In this document: piece after piece, positions 24,722-33,541 of the stretch
Layout of the letters: every line of letters starts with the position of its first letter
Position numbering within the stretch: the first letter of the stretch is position 1
From: Oscillospiraceae bacterium
GTDB taxonomy: Bacteria > Bacillota > Clostridia > Oscillospirales > CAG-272
Assembly (NCBI GenBank): GCA_015065285.1
Contig: SVQP01000004.1
Coordinates: 18,849-82,848 of the forward strand
Length of the DNA stretch: 64,000 bases
Direction: 5' to 3'
The notes under the pieces: generated by a model
Databases searched by the model: none
What the model was told of the DNA's origin: nothing
The model's input: the letters and a program-made list of their open reading frames with translations, nothing else
Program-made: the position numbers and the translations under genes

Positions 24722-26275
24722 TCAATGCTCCTTTTTCTTCAGTCTCGGGGTATCACCGTGCTTAACAAACAGCATGGTAAAGAATGCAAGAATAATGCAA
24801 ACGGTAGCATACGGGAACAGCGTGCGCATATCGATCTCTAAGAATACACCGCAGAGAATGGGAGTGATGATCTGTGCCGACATGCTGGCTGTGTAATAAA
24901 ACCCGGTGTACTTTCCCACGTTGCTGCCCTTGGCAAGCTCTACGACCATGGGATAACTGTTGACGTTGATAGCAGCCCAGCTGGCGCCTACTGCGGCATA
25001 TACCGCATAGGTGACCCAAACCGGTGTGGTGGTTGTGACAAAGCACATCACGCCAAAGGCAACTGCCAGAATGCCAACGCCTGCAAGCACCGTCTTTTTT
25101 CTGCCCCATATGGCAGACAGCTTGCCGATCGGGAAATACGAGACAATGCCCATGATCCCACCAATGGCATACGGGATATTATAGTCAATGCCGCCAAGCG
25201 CGTCGCTCATATACACCGACAGCTTGCTCTCCATTGCGTTATAGCCCATGTACCAAAGCACTACCGACGCAAGGATCAGAATCAGCGAGGCAATCTCACC
25301 GCGGCTGAGCTTTCGCTCCCCTGCCTGCTCATCCTCTTCCAAGCAGACAATGCCCTGCTTTGTCAGCTGCTCGGCATCCGCCTCCATCTCAGCAGACCAT
25401 TTTTTCTCTTTGACCAGCACCAGAAAGGCAATCAATGCAGCGACCATATAAATGGCAATGATGCCAAAGAACAGTCTGTAATCCATAAGCACCTGATCAG
25501 GGCGACCTGTGCCAAGCACCATACCAAGCACCAGTACAAACAGCACGCCAAGCGAGCCCATCAGATTGATCATGGCATTGCCCTGCGAGCGCAGCGGCTT
25601 GACGGTCACGTCAGGCATCAGCGCAACGGCAGGCGAGCGGAAGGTGCCCATTGCTACCAGCAAAAGCAACAGCACAACCACGAAAATGATCAGGTAGAGC
25701 GGCTGACGGTTGCTGATCTGCTTGGCATACGCTTGCCTTGCAGGCACAACGATCTTGGCATATTCCTCGGTCACCATAGAGGTCGCACCGCCGTTCTCAT
25801 CGACCTGATACATGGAGATCTGCAAAAACTCCTGCTTGCTCATATGCTCTTGCAGCGGCTTTTGCTCCTTTTCATATTCAAAGGTAGGGTTTGCCTCCCA
25901 CAGCTCCTCCAGCGATTGTTCGTATGCCTCGGGGCTTGTGGGAGAGACGTCCTGCAGTAGCCCCAGCTGCGCATAATCCGCAACGGAAACAAGAACCAAA
26001 AGCACGGCAGAAATGATCGTTCCCCAGAAAATAAAGGGGGTTCTGCGCCCATGCTTGGACTTGGACTTATCCGACAGCGCGCCGAAGACAGGCAGTAAAA
26101 ACACTGCCAGCACGTTGTCCAGCGCCATAATGGCACCTGACGTTACCTGAGAAAGTCCGAATTTGTCGGTCAGGATCTTGGGCACAATGGAATTGTATCC
26201 ATACCAGAAAGCAGTGATAAACATAAACACAATGCCGACTGAGAGCACCTTTTTGTAATTCAGCTTCAAATTCAT
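24722..26275 (-). CDS. MFS transporter (SLC45/GPH-like glycoside transporter family)
   Basis: Start at MNLKLNYKKV (GGAGAG RBS, ATGA overlap with the NUDIX stop). 12 TM segments with a long central loop. N-terminal ~70 aa are near-colinear with the 55560 paralog (LPVFGALSDKS vs LPIFGALSDKV). Confidence 0.85.
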   Translation of the reverse strand: MNLKLNYKKVLSVGIVFMFITAFWYGYNSIVPKILTDKFGLSQVTSGAIMALDNVLAVFLLPVFGALSDKSKSKHGRRTPFIFWGTIISAVLLVLVSVADYAQLGLLQDVSPTSPEAYEQSLEELWEANPTFEYEKEQKPLQEHMSKQEFLQISMYQVDENGGATSMVTEEYAKIVVPARQAYAKQISNRQPLYLIIFVVVLLLLLVAMGTFRSPAVALMPDVTVKPLRSQGNAMINLMGSLGVLFVLVLGMVLGTGRPDQVLMDYRLFFGIIAIYMVAALIAFLVLVKEKKWSAEMEADAEQLTKQGIVCLEEDEQAGERKLSRGEIASLILILASVVLWYMGYNAMESKLSVYMSDALGGIDYNIPYAIGGIMGIVSYFPIGKLSAIWGRKKTVLAGVGILAVAFGVMCFVTTTTPVWVTYAVYAAVGASWAAINVNSYPMVVELAKGSNVGKYTGFYYTASMSAQIITPILCGVFLEIDMRTLFPYATVCIILAFFTMLFVKHGDTPRLKKKEH

Positions 26276-26817
26276 GCTCTCTCCTTTATTGCATACGCGG
26301 CACGCAGCACGGCAGCCTGCGTCTTGGCATCGGGCACAAGTCCTTGGCAAATATCCGCCACCAGCTGCTCAAGCGGAATCTTGACCGTCTCAATGAACTC
26401 GTCCTCATCAAAATCGGTCTCTCCGAAATTTAAGCCCTGCGCCATGTACATGTGTATGACCTCATCAATCAGCGCAGGCGTGGTATAGAGCGGTCCAAGG
26501 TAAGTCAAGTCCTTACACGTCGCGCCGGTTTCCTCGCGCAGCTCGCGCAAAGCGGCAGAGGCGGGATCCTCATCGGGAAAATCCAGTTTTCCTGCCGGGA
26601 TCTCCAGCACGGTCTTGCGGTGCGCATAGCGGTATTGCTTGACGCAAACCACCTCACCCTCGTCCGTAATCGGTACGATACACACAGCACCAATGTGCTT
26701 GCAGTATTCGCGAAAGCCCGTTTTTCCGTCGGGCAACAAAATATCGTCTCTGTAAAGATGTAGCACCTTGCCGTCAAAAATCAGTTGGCTGTGAAGTTGC
26801 TTTTCGGTATTATCCAT
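26272..26817 (-). CDS. NUDIX hydrolase (ADP-ribose pyrophosphatase-like)
   Basis: Nudix box GKLDFPDEDPASAALRELREETG. RBS AGGAGA. Confidence 0.85.
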   Translation of the reverse strand: MDNTEKQLHSQLIFDGKVLHLYRDDILLPDGKTGFREYCKHIGAVCIVPITDEGEVVCVKQYRYAHRKTVLEIPAGKLDFPDEDPASAALRELREETGATCKDLTYLGPLYTTPALIDEVIHMYMAQGLNFGETDFDEDEFIETVKIPLEQLVADICQGLVPDAKTQAAVLRAAYAIKERA

Positions 26818-26942
26818 TGTGTTCTCCTAAAGATTGTTACCTTTTATTATACATGACATCACAAAATTTGTAAAGGGCTTGCGAGAAAGAAAAAAATATG
26901 ATACAATATGTGCATGATCACTCATGATGGGAGGTGCCTTGT

Positions 26943-27671
26943 ATGATACAGGAACAACACGCGCGTTCTCTTCCGCTTTTGGGGCAGGACGGGCTTGAAA
27001 GGCTGCAAGGTGCACGCGTTGCCGTGTTTGGTATTGGCGGCGTGGGCGGACATTTGTGCGAAGCGTTGGCTCGCGCAGGCGTGGGCGAGCTGCATTTATT
27101 TGACAAGGATACCGTTTCTCTGTCCAATATCAATCGCCAGGCTGTTGCGCTGCACTCCACCGTAGGCAGACCTAAGGTAGAGGTTATGCGCATGCGCATA
27201 GCGGATATCAATCCCGCATGCCGCGTGGTAACGCACGAGGTTTTTTATCTGCCCGAAAATGCGGATGATTACGATCTTTCCTCCTTTGATTATATTGCGG
27301 ACGCGATTGATACCGTCAGCGCCAAGATCGAGCTGATCCTACGCGCCAAGGCAGCAAACGTGCCCATCATCAGCGCAATGGGCGCAGGCAACAAGCTGGA
27401 TCCCTCTGCCTTTCGCGTAGCAGATCTTTCCAAAACGCAGGGCTGCCCACTGGCGCGCATCATGCGCCGTGAGTTGGGCGCGCGCGGCATTCGCCACTTG
27501 TGCGTGGTATACTCCGAGGAAAAGCCGCATCCCTCTCGCCTGCCATCCGAGCACGGCAAGGCAACGCCGGCATCGGTTTCGTTCGTGCCTCCGGTCATGG
27601 GCTTGATTATGGCGGGCAAAATCGTGCGGGACCTTGCACGCATTTCCTCTGAAGGCGAGGTGACGGTATGA
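26943..27671 (+). CDS. tcdA: tRNA threonylcarbamoyladenosine dehydratase (ThiF/E1-like)
   Basis: ATG at 26943 after GGGAGG. VAVFGIGGVGGHLCEALARAGVGELHLFDKDTVSLSNINRQ is the E1-like nucleotide-binding motif. Size and the C-terminal region fit TcdA/CsdL. Confidence 0.8.
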   Translation: MIQEQHARSLPLLGQDGLERLQGARVAVFGIGGVGGHLCEALARAGVGELHLFDKDTVSLSNINRQAVALHSTVGRPKVEVMRMRIADINPACRVVTHEVFYLPENADDYDLSSFDYIADAIDTVSAKIELILRAKAANVPIISAMGAGNKLDPSAFRVADLSKTQGCPLARIMRRELGARGIRHLCVVYSEEKPHPSRLPSEHGKATPASVSFVPPVMGLIMAGKIVRDLARISSEGEVTV

Positions 27672-28126
27672 AACTGCCTGTCAAATTGTATGACTTTTCA
27701 ATTCGCAGCGCAATCATGGTGATACTGGCATATCTGTGCCTGATCGGTCTTTTTGCAGGTGCAGGCGCAGGTGCGGAAAATCCCCTGCCCTATATCATCA
27801 TCGTCGCGGTGCTGATCGTTTCATTCGTTGTGCTGTTTTGGTATTTCGTAGGCAATCCCATCAAGCTTTATGAGAGCGGATTGCTGCGCGGCAAGCTTTT
27901 CGTGGACAAGAAAAACGTGATCTGCACCGTATATTACAACCAAAGATTCCGCGAAATGACCATTCAGCTTGAGGATAAAAGCCGTCGCGGCACAACCAAC
28001 AGCAAAGGCAAGCCCTACGCGCCGCTTTCGGTGCAAGCCACCAAACAAAACGTTGCCAAAATACAGGCATGGCTCGGAAAACCACTGGAGATTCCCGAAA
28101 AGCCCCACAAATTCTCACGTAAATAA
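27668..28126 (+). CDS. hypothetical membrane protein (2 TM segments plus a soluble tail)
   Basis: 152-aa ORF with ATGA overlap to tcdA and two clear hydrophobic segments. Confidence 0.5.
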   Translation: MKLPVKLYDFSIRSAIMVILAYLCLIGLFAGAGAGAENPLPYIIIVAVLIVSFVVLFWYFVGNPIKLYESGLLRGKLFVDKKNVICTVYYNQRFREMTIQLEDKSRRGTTNSKGKPYAPLSVQATKQNVAKIQAWLGKPLEIPEKPHKFSRK

Positions 28127-28135
28127 GGTGTCAAT

Positions 28136-28345
28136 ATGTCCAAAAACTCACATGAAATTCAATGCCCGCGCTGCGGCAAGGTGCGAAAGAGTCGCCACGG
28201 GGCTTGCGAGCACTGTGGCTATGACGGCTACGTGCCTATGAGCGATGAGCAGATCAAAAAAATCAAGCTGATCCTGTATCCCATCGCCATTGTTTTAGCG
28301 ATCATTGCTATTTTTGTCGTCCCCCTTCTTTTCACAAAAGCATAA
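28136..28345 (+). CDS. small zinc-ribbon membrane protein
   Basis: CPRCGK...CEHCGY zinc-ribbon motif, then a C-terminal TM (LILYPIAIVLAIIAIFVVPLLF). RBS AAGGTG. Confidence 0.5.
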   Translation: MSKNSHEIQCPRCGKVRKSRHGACEHCGYDGYVPMSDEQIKKIKLILYPIAIVLAIIAIFVVPLLFTKA

Positions 28346-28346
28346 A

Positions 28347-28390
28347 CAAAAAATCCGCCGCACGAGCTCCGTGCAGCGGATTCTGTTTGT
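28347..28390. terminator. bidirectional rho-independent terminator
   Basis: AATCCGCCGCAC...GTGCAGCGGATT, flanked by an A-run and a T-rich run. Lies between convergent genes. Confidence 0.6.
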
Positions 28391-28391
28391 A

Positions 28392-28781
28392 TTACGTGAT
28401 ATCTGACAGCGAGCCATCGAGTGCGCGCACCTTCGTGTGGTAATATTTCTCTTGAAAATATACAGCCCGCGCCATGTCACGTGCCGAATATTCCTCGCCC
28501 ATCGGCGCCATGATCAGCTTGTCCTCCACGTCGTCCGCGCGGTACACGATACCGATAATGCGTCCCGTATAGGACGAAATCTCGTGATCAACACCCATCA
28601 GGTACACGTCCAGCTCTTCCCCATCTCCGCCAAGCACGCCCGGAATGTATCCATAGTTGATGGGATAGATCAGAGTCTTTTCTCCTTTTGTATGTACGTA
28701 GCCGATCGGGCGATCAATCTCAATAGTCACGGTTTTTCCGAGATACGCCTCAACCTGCTCGTGTCGCTCTTTCAAATCCAT
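28392..28781 (-). CDS. inorganic pyrophosphatase-like protein (short form)
   Basis: Start at MDLKERHEQ (RBS GAGGGA). YPINYGYIPGVLGGDGEELDVYLMG resembles the family I PPase metal-binding region. Confidence 0.5.
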   Translation of the reverse strand: MDLKERHEQVEAYLGKTVTIEIDRPIGYVHTKGEKTLIYPINYGYIPGVLGGDGEELDVYLMGVDHEISSYTGRIIGIVYRADDVEDKLIMAPMGEEYSARDMARAVYFQEKYYHTKVRALDGSLSDIT

Positions 28782-28803
28782 TATCCGTTCCCTCAAAAGA
28801 AAG

Positions 28804-29493
28804 TCAGTTTTCCTCAGGCGCACGATAAGCAAAGCGGAAGGGTCTGCCCTGCTCGGGCTTGGAAAGCCGCTCGATCATGGGCTGCACAGACATAATGCGC
28901 TGATCCGAGCCTGCATCATAGCGATAGAACAGCCCATCCTCGGCAGGTCCCGCATTGATAAACACGTGACGGGGATACGAGCGATACTGATCGGGCAGCG
29001 CAGGCGGCATATGATACGAGTCCCCCTCAAAGATCAGGTCTCCCGGGAGTACCTTTGCGGCATCCTCAATGCGAATAAAGCCACTTGCTACCAAAAATTC
29101 CTCCAGATTTGGAGAAAAATACAACGGCAATCCCTTGCGCGTTGGCTGATGCTCGGTATATCCCGCTTCATACAGCACCCAGCCGCAAAAGCGGTCGCAG
29201 GATACAATCTTCTCGGGGTGCTCGGAATGCTTATCCAGCGCGGGATTTTGGTCCGCGTCGCCATAGGTGTAGCCATGCTCGCGCATGTAATCGGCAACAC
29301 ACTTGGCATGGTACAGAATATGCGATGCCACAGCACTGCCCGCAGGCGACCATATAAATCTTCCCTCCTCATCACAAACAGCGTAACCGTACACACGCTT
29401 TTCCTCCGCCTCTTTTTTGGCGTTCTCAACGTTGTCAAACGCTTCGGGCAAGCGACTCTCTGCACCGTGAAAAGGAATATAAAGATAAAACAT
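28804..29493 (-). CDS. hypothetical cytoplasmic protein, NlpC/P60-like Cys/His peptidase fold suspected
   Basis: Start at MFYLYIP (RBS GGAGGTG). SCDRFCGWVLYEAGY (candidate catalytic Cys) and PGDLIFEG...HVFINAG (candidate His) follow the NlpC/P60 pattern. No signal peptide. Confidence 0.4.
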   Translation of the reverse strand: MFYLYIPFHGAESRLPEAFDNVENAKKEAEEKRVYGYAVCDEEGRFIWSPAGSAVASHILYHAKCVADYMREHGYTYGDADQNPALDKHSEHPEKIVSCDRFCGWVLYEAGYTEHQPTRKGLPLYFSPNLEEFLVASGFIRIEDAAKVLPGDLIFEGDSYHMPPALPDQYRSYPRHVFINAGPAEDGLFYRYDAGSDQRIMSVQPMIERLSKPEQGRPFRFAYRAPEEN

Positions 29494-29737
29494 AGGCACC
29501 TCCGAGGTTGATAAATCTTTGCAAATCCAGTATAGCACAACCATAAGTGAAAGTCAAGATTGCTTCCGAATCATTGTTTTGGCACGTTCTTGATGATATC
29601 CTCTGCCCTTTTTCCTCTTCATCTAACTATCCACCCTTGACAAAGCGCGCGACAAATAGTAAGATATAATTGTAAGACTTCATCAGTCTCTATAATTCTG
29701 CAAGGAGGTTGCTCAAAGCTTTTGAGCTTACAAAAAC

Positions 29738-32062
29738 ATGAAAAAGAAACTGCTTTGCGGCATACTGGCTGCGCTGATGCTTCTCCCCTTGGTTGCCTGC
29801 ACCCAAAACGAAAATCCCCCGATGGAAACCGATGGCACCGAAACGCCCGCCACAACAGTGTCCGATACCGAAAGCTCCACCGAGCAGCCCACCGAGCCCG
29901 AGCCCGAAACCGAGCCGCCTATTGAAATTGAGGTGCCCGCTTTCGAGGATATCGGACTGATCGAGCAAATTCCGCAAGAGGATAACCGCACCATCCTGCA
30001 CTATGATTTTGCCACATATAAAAAATACAATCAACTGCTGGGCGACACTGCTCTTGTTTTCACCTCCAACAAGGACTACACACTGGACAAGCAAAACGGT
30101 CTGACGCTGACCGAGGACGGTTGGAACAGCGTGGGCTTTGCACACACGCTCCGCGAGGAATACACAGCAAAGACGTTCATTACCAACCACGGCGTCCAGA
30201 GCAACGTACGCTCTATCATGTTCGGTTGCCGCGTCACACGCGCCAATCACCTTTACATTGACAGCGGCCTGTGGTTCACCTTCTCTGAAAACGCAGTTTA
30301 CGCCACAGTCAAGAATGGCTTTACCGCACTGGTTGGCAATAATTTCGGCTTTAATGCCAAGGACGGCATTGAAGTCACCCTTCACGATGACGGCACCAAC
30401 ATTGAATGCCTGGTAAACGGTGAGCTGGTTGCCAAGGCCGTCCTTGAGCAAACCTGCCTTGTAGTCTACGATGCCGCAGGTACGGAGATCGGACGCACGC
30501 CCGACCTTGAGCGCATTGCGCACGGAGATACCTGGGGCAACGTCCGCACCATGTCCCACTTCGCCAATTCCGTTACAAAATCCATGAGCTTGGAAACAGG
30601 CACCATGATTCCTTACACACCGAACGATACCGTCACCGAGCTCAGAGAGGGCTACTCCTATCTGCTTTGTGACAAGACCCAGATCAAAGCTGCATATCCC
30701 ATTACCATGAAAGAAGGCATGACCCTGCTGGATGCGCATGCCGCCGCTACCCTCTTTGGCTTTACCTGCACGGTATCCGAGGACGGCAACACGGCAACGC
30801 TGACTCGCGGCAATGCCACGCTGACCTTTACAGCCGGCTCTGCCAAGGTAGATTTCAACGGTACTGCCTACGACTGCCCCACCACGGTTTCCCGCAAGGG
30901 CGCCATTCTGATCTGCGCGGATTTCCTGGCGCGCTGGATGGGCTACACCGTTACCCCCAACGACACCTCCACTTACATCACCGCAACCGCAGAAGCGCTG
31001 ACAGATGAGCGCAAGCAAGCCCTTGCAGACCGCTATCAGCTTTATGCAGACGTGATTTACAACTATGATGACGTAGAAATCGAGCAAACCGGTGTTGGCA
31101 AGTTCGAACCCACGCCCTATGAGGATCGCCTGGTTGGCATCGCGTATTCTACTTGGCTGTGCACAAAAATCATCAGCTGGGGTAAAAGCACCTGGGATAC
31201 ACCGCTTTACGGCAACTATTACTCCGATGACCGCGAAATGATCGCCAAGCACGCAGAGCTTTTGCGCGACGCGGGCGTGGACTTCATTTTTATCGACTGG
31301 ACCAACAACACCACCTACGATCCCGAAACCATGCAATCCCTTTCCGATTTCCGTATGATCGAGACAGCAACAGAGCTGGTCTTTGAAATTTTCTCCACCA
31401 TTGAAGGCGCTCCTAAGATCTGCATCTTTGCAGGCCCCGGACACTCCGGCATTGAAAACGTGGATAATGGCAAGCACCAGAAAAAAGTGGATCAGATCTA
31501 CACCTCCTTTGTGGAAAAATATCCCAATCAGTATTTCCATTACGAGGGAAAGCCCTTGCTTATGTGCTACGGTGCTACCCCCAACCAGTACGGCAGCCGT
31601 CCCAAGTGGACGGATGACCGCTTTACCATCCGTTGGGCAACCGGCTATCTTGGTCAGCAATCCTCGCTGATCAACCAAAAAACCATGGTTACACGTAATC
31701 AATGGTGGAGCTGGGAGGAAAGAGGTCTGCAACCCTTCTCTGTGCTGGACGGACGCGTTGAATGCGTGACCTGTACTGCAGCCAGCAGAGGTCAGGGAGA
31801 CGAGGGAGACGCAAACTATATTCCCGCATACGGAAGAGAAAACGGCTTGACACTCAAAAAGCAATTCCAGCGTGCCAACGATCTGGGCGCAGGCATGGTG
31901 ATTCTCGTTTCCTGGAACGAATGGACTAAGGGCGAGCAGCCCTCCCCCGAGGTCTCCAAGGATCTGGAGCCTTCCGTGATCCACGGCACCTTCTACTATG
32001 ACCTGCTTTGTGAGCAGATCAAAAAGTTCAAGGGACAAATCAATACCGAAGCAACAGAATAA
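29738..32062 (+). CDS. lipoprotein: copper-amine-oxidase-N-like stalk domain plus an unclassified GH-like TIM-barrel domain
   Basis: Signal peptide plus lipobox (LLPLVAC), then a T/E/P linker. The region LFGFTCTVSEDGNTATLTRGNATLTFTAGSAKVDFNG resembles the copper amine oxidase N-terminal domain. The C-terminal ~330 aa are colinear with the 32077 protein. Confidence 0.75.
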   Translation: MKKKLLCGILAALMLLPLVACTQNENPPMETDGTETPATTVSDTESSTEQPTEPEPETEPPIEIEVPAFEDIGLIEQIPQEDNRTILHYDFATYKKYNQLLGDTALVFTSNKDYTLDKQNGLTLTEDGWNSVGFAHTLREEYTAKTFITNHGVQSNVRSIMFGCRVTRANHLYIDSGLWFTFSENAVYATVKNGFTALVGNNFGFNAKDGIEVTLHDDGTNIECLVNGELVAKAVLEQTCLVVYDAAGTEIGRTPDLERIAHGDTWGNVRTMSHFANSVTKSMSLETGTMIPYTPNDTVTELREGYSYLLCDKTQIKAAYPITMKEGMTLLDAHAAATLFGFTCTVSEDGNTATLTRGNATLTFTAGSAKVDFNGTAYDCPTTVSRKGAILICADFLARWMGYTVTPNDTSTYITATAEALTDERKQALADRYQLYADVIYNYDDVEIEQTGVGKFEPTPYEDRLVGIAYSTWLCTKIISWGKSTWDTPLYGNYYSDDREMIAKHAELLRDAGVDFIFIDWTNNTTYDPETMQSLSDFRMIETATELVFEIFSTIEGAPKICIFAGPGHSGIENVDNGKHQKKVDQIYTSFVEKYPNQYFHYEGKPLLMCYGATPNQYGSRPKWTDDRFTIRWATGYLGQQSSLINQKTMVTRNQWWSWEERGLQPFSVLDGRVECVTCTAASRGQGDEGDANYIPAYGRENGLTLKKQFQRANDLGAGMVILVSWNEWTKGEQPSPEVSKDLEPSVIHGTFYYDLLCEQIKKFKGQINTEATE

Positions 32063-32076
32063 AGAAACGGAGAATC

Positions 32077-33069
32077 ATGATGAAAGACCGATTCAGCTCC
32101 GTCCTGCCCATCGGAGTAGGACTTTATGAAAAAACACCTGCAGATCAGCGTAAGGTCGGCATTGCCTACACGACCTGGCATTGCGACGTTCTTCCCGGTT
32201 GGGGAGCAAAAACGTGGGATCTCCCTTTGGACGGACCCTATAATTCCGACGACCGCGACGTGATCCGTAAGCACGCGATTTTGCTGCGCGACGCAGGCAT
32301 TGATTTCGTCTTTGTGGACTGGACGAACAATACCTGCTACAATCCCGAAAAGCAGCGTGACTCCTTACCCACCTTCCGCATGATTGAAGAAGCAACAGAC
32401 GTGCTGTTCGAGGAATGGTCAAAGATCGAGGGCGCACCAAAGATCTGCATCTTTGCAGGCCCCGGACACAGCATGCCCGAAAACTTGGAAAACGGCAATC
32501 ATCAAAAGAAGGTGGATCAGATCTGGCGCGACTACGCAGCGAAATACCCCGATCTCTATTACAATTACGATGGCAAGCCGCTCTTGATGTGCTACGGTGC
32601 CACCCCCAATTTCTACGGTGCCGATCCCGAATGGACGGATGATCGCTTTACCGTGCGCTGGGTGACCGGCTACGTTGGGCAGCAGGACGACCTTTTCGAT
32701 GAAGAGACCATGCGCTCCTATCACTTCTGGAGCTGGGAGGAACGTGCAACTCAGACCTACACGGTCAAGGACGGCAGAGTCGAATGCATTTCGGTCACCG
32801 CCTCCAGCCGCGCACAAGGCAAAGAGGGAGATCGCGGCTACATCCCCGCCCGCGGCAGAAGAAACGGTGAGACGTTCAAGGAACAATTCAACCGCGCCTG
32901 CGAGCTTGGTGCAGGCATGGTACTGCTGATCTCCTGGAACGAGTGGACCAAGAGCGAGCAGCTTTCGGTAGAGATCTCCAAGGACCTCGAGCCTTCGCAG
33001 ATCCACGGCACCTTCTACTACGACCTGCTGTGCGAGCAGATCAAAAAGTACAAGGAGCTGGACTCGTAA
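32077..33069 (+). CDS. cytoplasmic paralog of the unclassified GH-like TIM-barrel domain
   Basis: 330 aa, no signal peptide. It shares these blocks with 29738: DAG(V/I)DF(I/V)F(I/V)DWTNN, FRMIE.AT, KICIFAGPGHS, GKPLLMCYGATPN, RW(A/V)TGY, WSWEER, SWNEWTK.EQ. Confidence 0.75.
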   Translation: MMKDRFSSVLPIGVGLYEKTPADQRKVGIAYTTWHCDVLPGWGAKTWDLPLDGPYNSDDRDVIRKHAILLRDAGIDFVFVDWTNNTCYNPEKQRDSLPTFRMIEEATDVLFEEWSKIEGAPKICIFAGPGHSMPENLENGNHQKKVDQIWRDYAAKYPDLYYNYDGKPLLMCYGATPNFYGADPEWTDDRFTVRWVTGYVGQQDDLFDEETMRSYHFWSWEERATQTYTVKDGRVECISVTASSRAQGKEGDRGYIPARGRRNGETFKEQFNRACELGAGMVLLISWNEWTKSEQLSVEISKDLEPSQIHGTFYYDLLCEQIKKYKELDS

Positions 33070-33080
33070 AATAAATAAAG

Positions 33081-33163
33081 AAACGGACACGTCACAAGGG
33101 TCAAACCCAAATGATGTGTCCGTTTTTCTTCTTTTCGTAGGGGGCATTCACGAATGCACCGCC
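33081..33163. repeat. left direct repeat (hairpin + REP-like GTAG element) flanking the AT-rich cassette
   Basis: AAACGGACACGTCAC...AAATGATGTGTCC...TTTTCGTAGGGGGCATTCAC. The same ordered blocks recur at 34121-34204. Confidence 0.7.
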
Positions 33164-33168
33164 TCTCT

Positions 33169-33366
33169 CTATTCTCTTCCCACCAAATAATCCAAGGTCA
33201 CGTGATAATAATCTGCTAACCGAATAGCAACCCACAACGGCAGCTCACGCTCGCCACACTCATAGCGTCGGTATACGGTTAATTGCATGTTCAGCATATC
33301 CGCAACGTCTTTTTGGGTCAGATCATGATCCTCTCGCAGATCTCTGACTCTACGGTAAACAAACAT
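33169..33366 (-). CDS. XRE family HTH transcriptional regulator (65 aa)
   Basis: Start at MFVYRRVRDLREDHDLTQKDVADML (RBS AAGGAGG). Cro/CI-type HTH. Confidence 0.8.
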   Translation of the reverse strand: MFVYRRVRDLREDHDLTQKDVADMLNMQLTVYRRYECGERELPLWVAIRLADYYHVTLDYLVGRE

Positions 33367-33414
33367 AATAACCTCCTTCGCTTTTATAACTATTATGAGA
33401 TTATTATATAAAAT

Positions 33415-33458
33415 AACACCGTAAGGTGTTGACAAATAACACCATTCGGTGCTATAAT
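33415..33458 (+). promoter_or_regulatory. promoter of the 33542 lipoprotein gene with two ACACC-N4-GGTG operator palindromes
   Basis: TTGACA (33429-33434), 18 nt, then TATAAT (33453-33458). O1 is AACACC-GTAA-GGTGTT (33415-33430) and overlaps the -35. O2 is AACACC-ATTC-GGTG (33438-33451) and abuts the -10. Confidence 0.5.
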
Positions 33459-33541
33459 ATAGAGGAATTACCAATCGAGATAGCGTTTTTCGGTACGTGG
33501 GCTTCGGTTAGCGTAGTTTTTTACTAAAAAAGGAGGAAAAC

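Noticed and set aside
29690-32038. 782-aa ORF antisense to the 29738 lipoprotein gene. Similar cases: 57084..59519, 12176..14281, 46455..48368, 6048..7739, 55578..57071, 41215..42609, 42991..44199, 53238..54464.
   Set aside because: Same codon-register shadow-ORF explanation as above. In every case the opposite strand carries a gene with a clear RBS, signal peptide or catalytic motifs.
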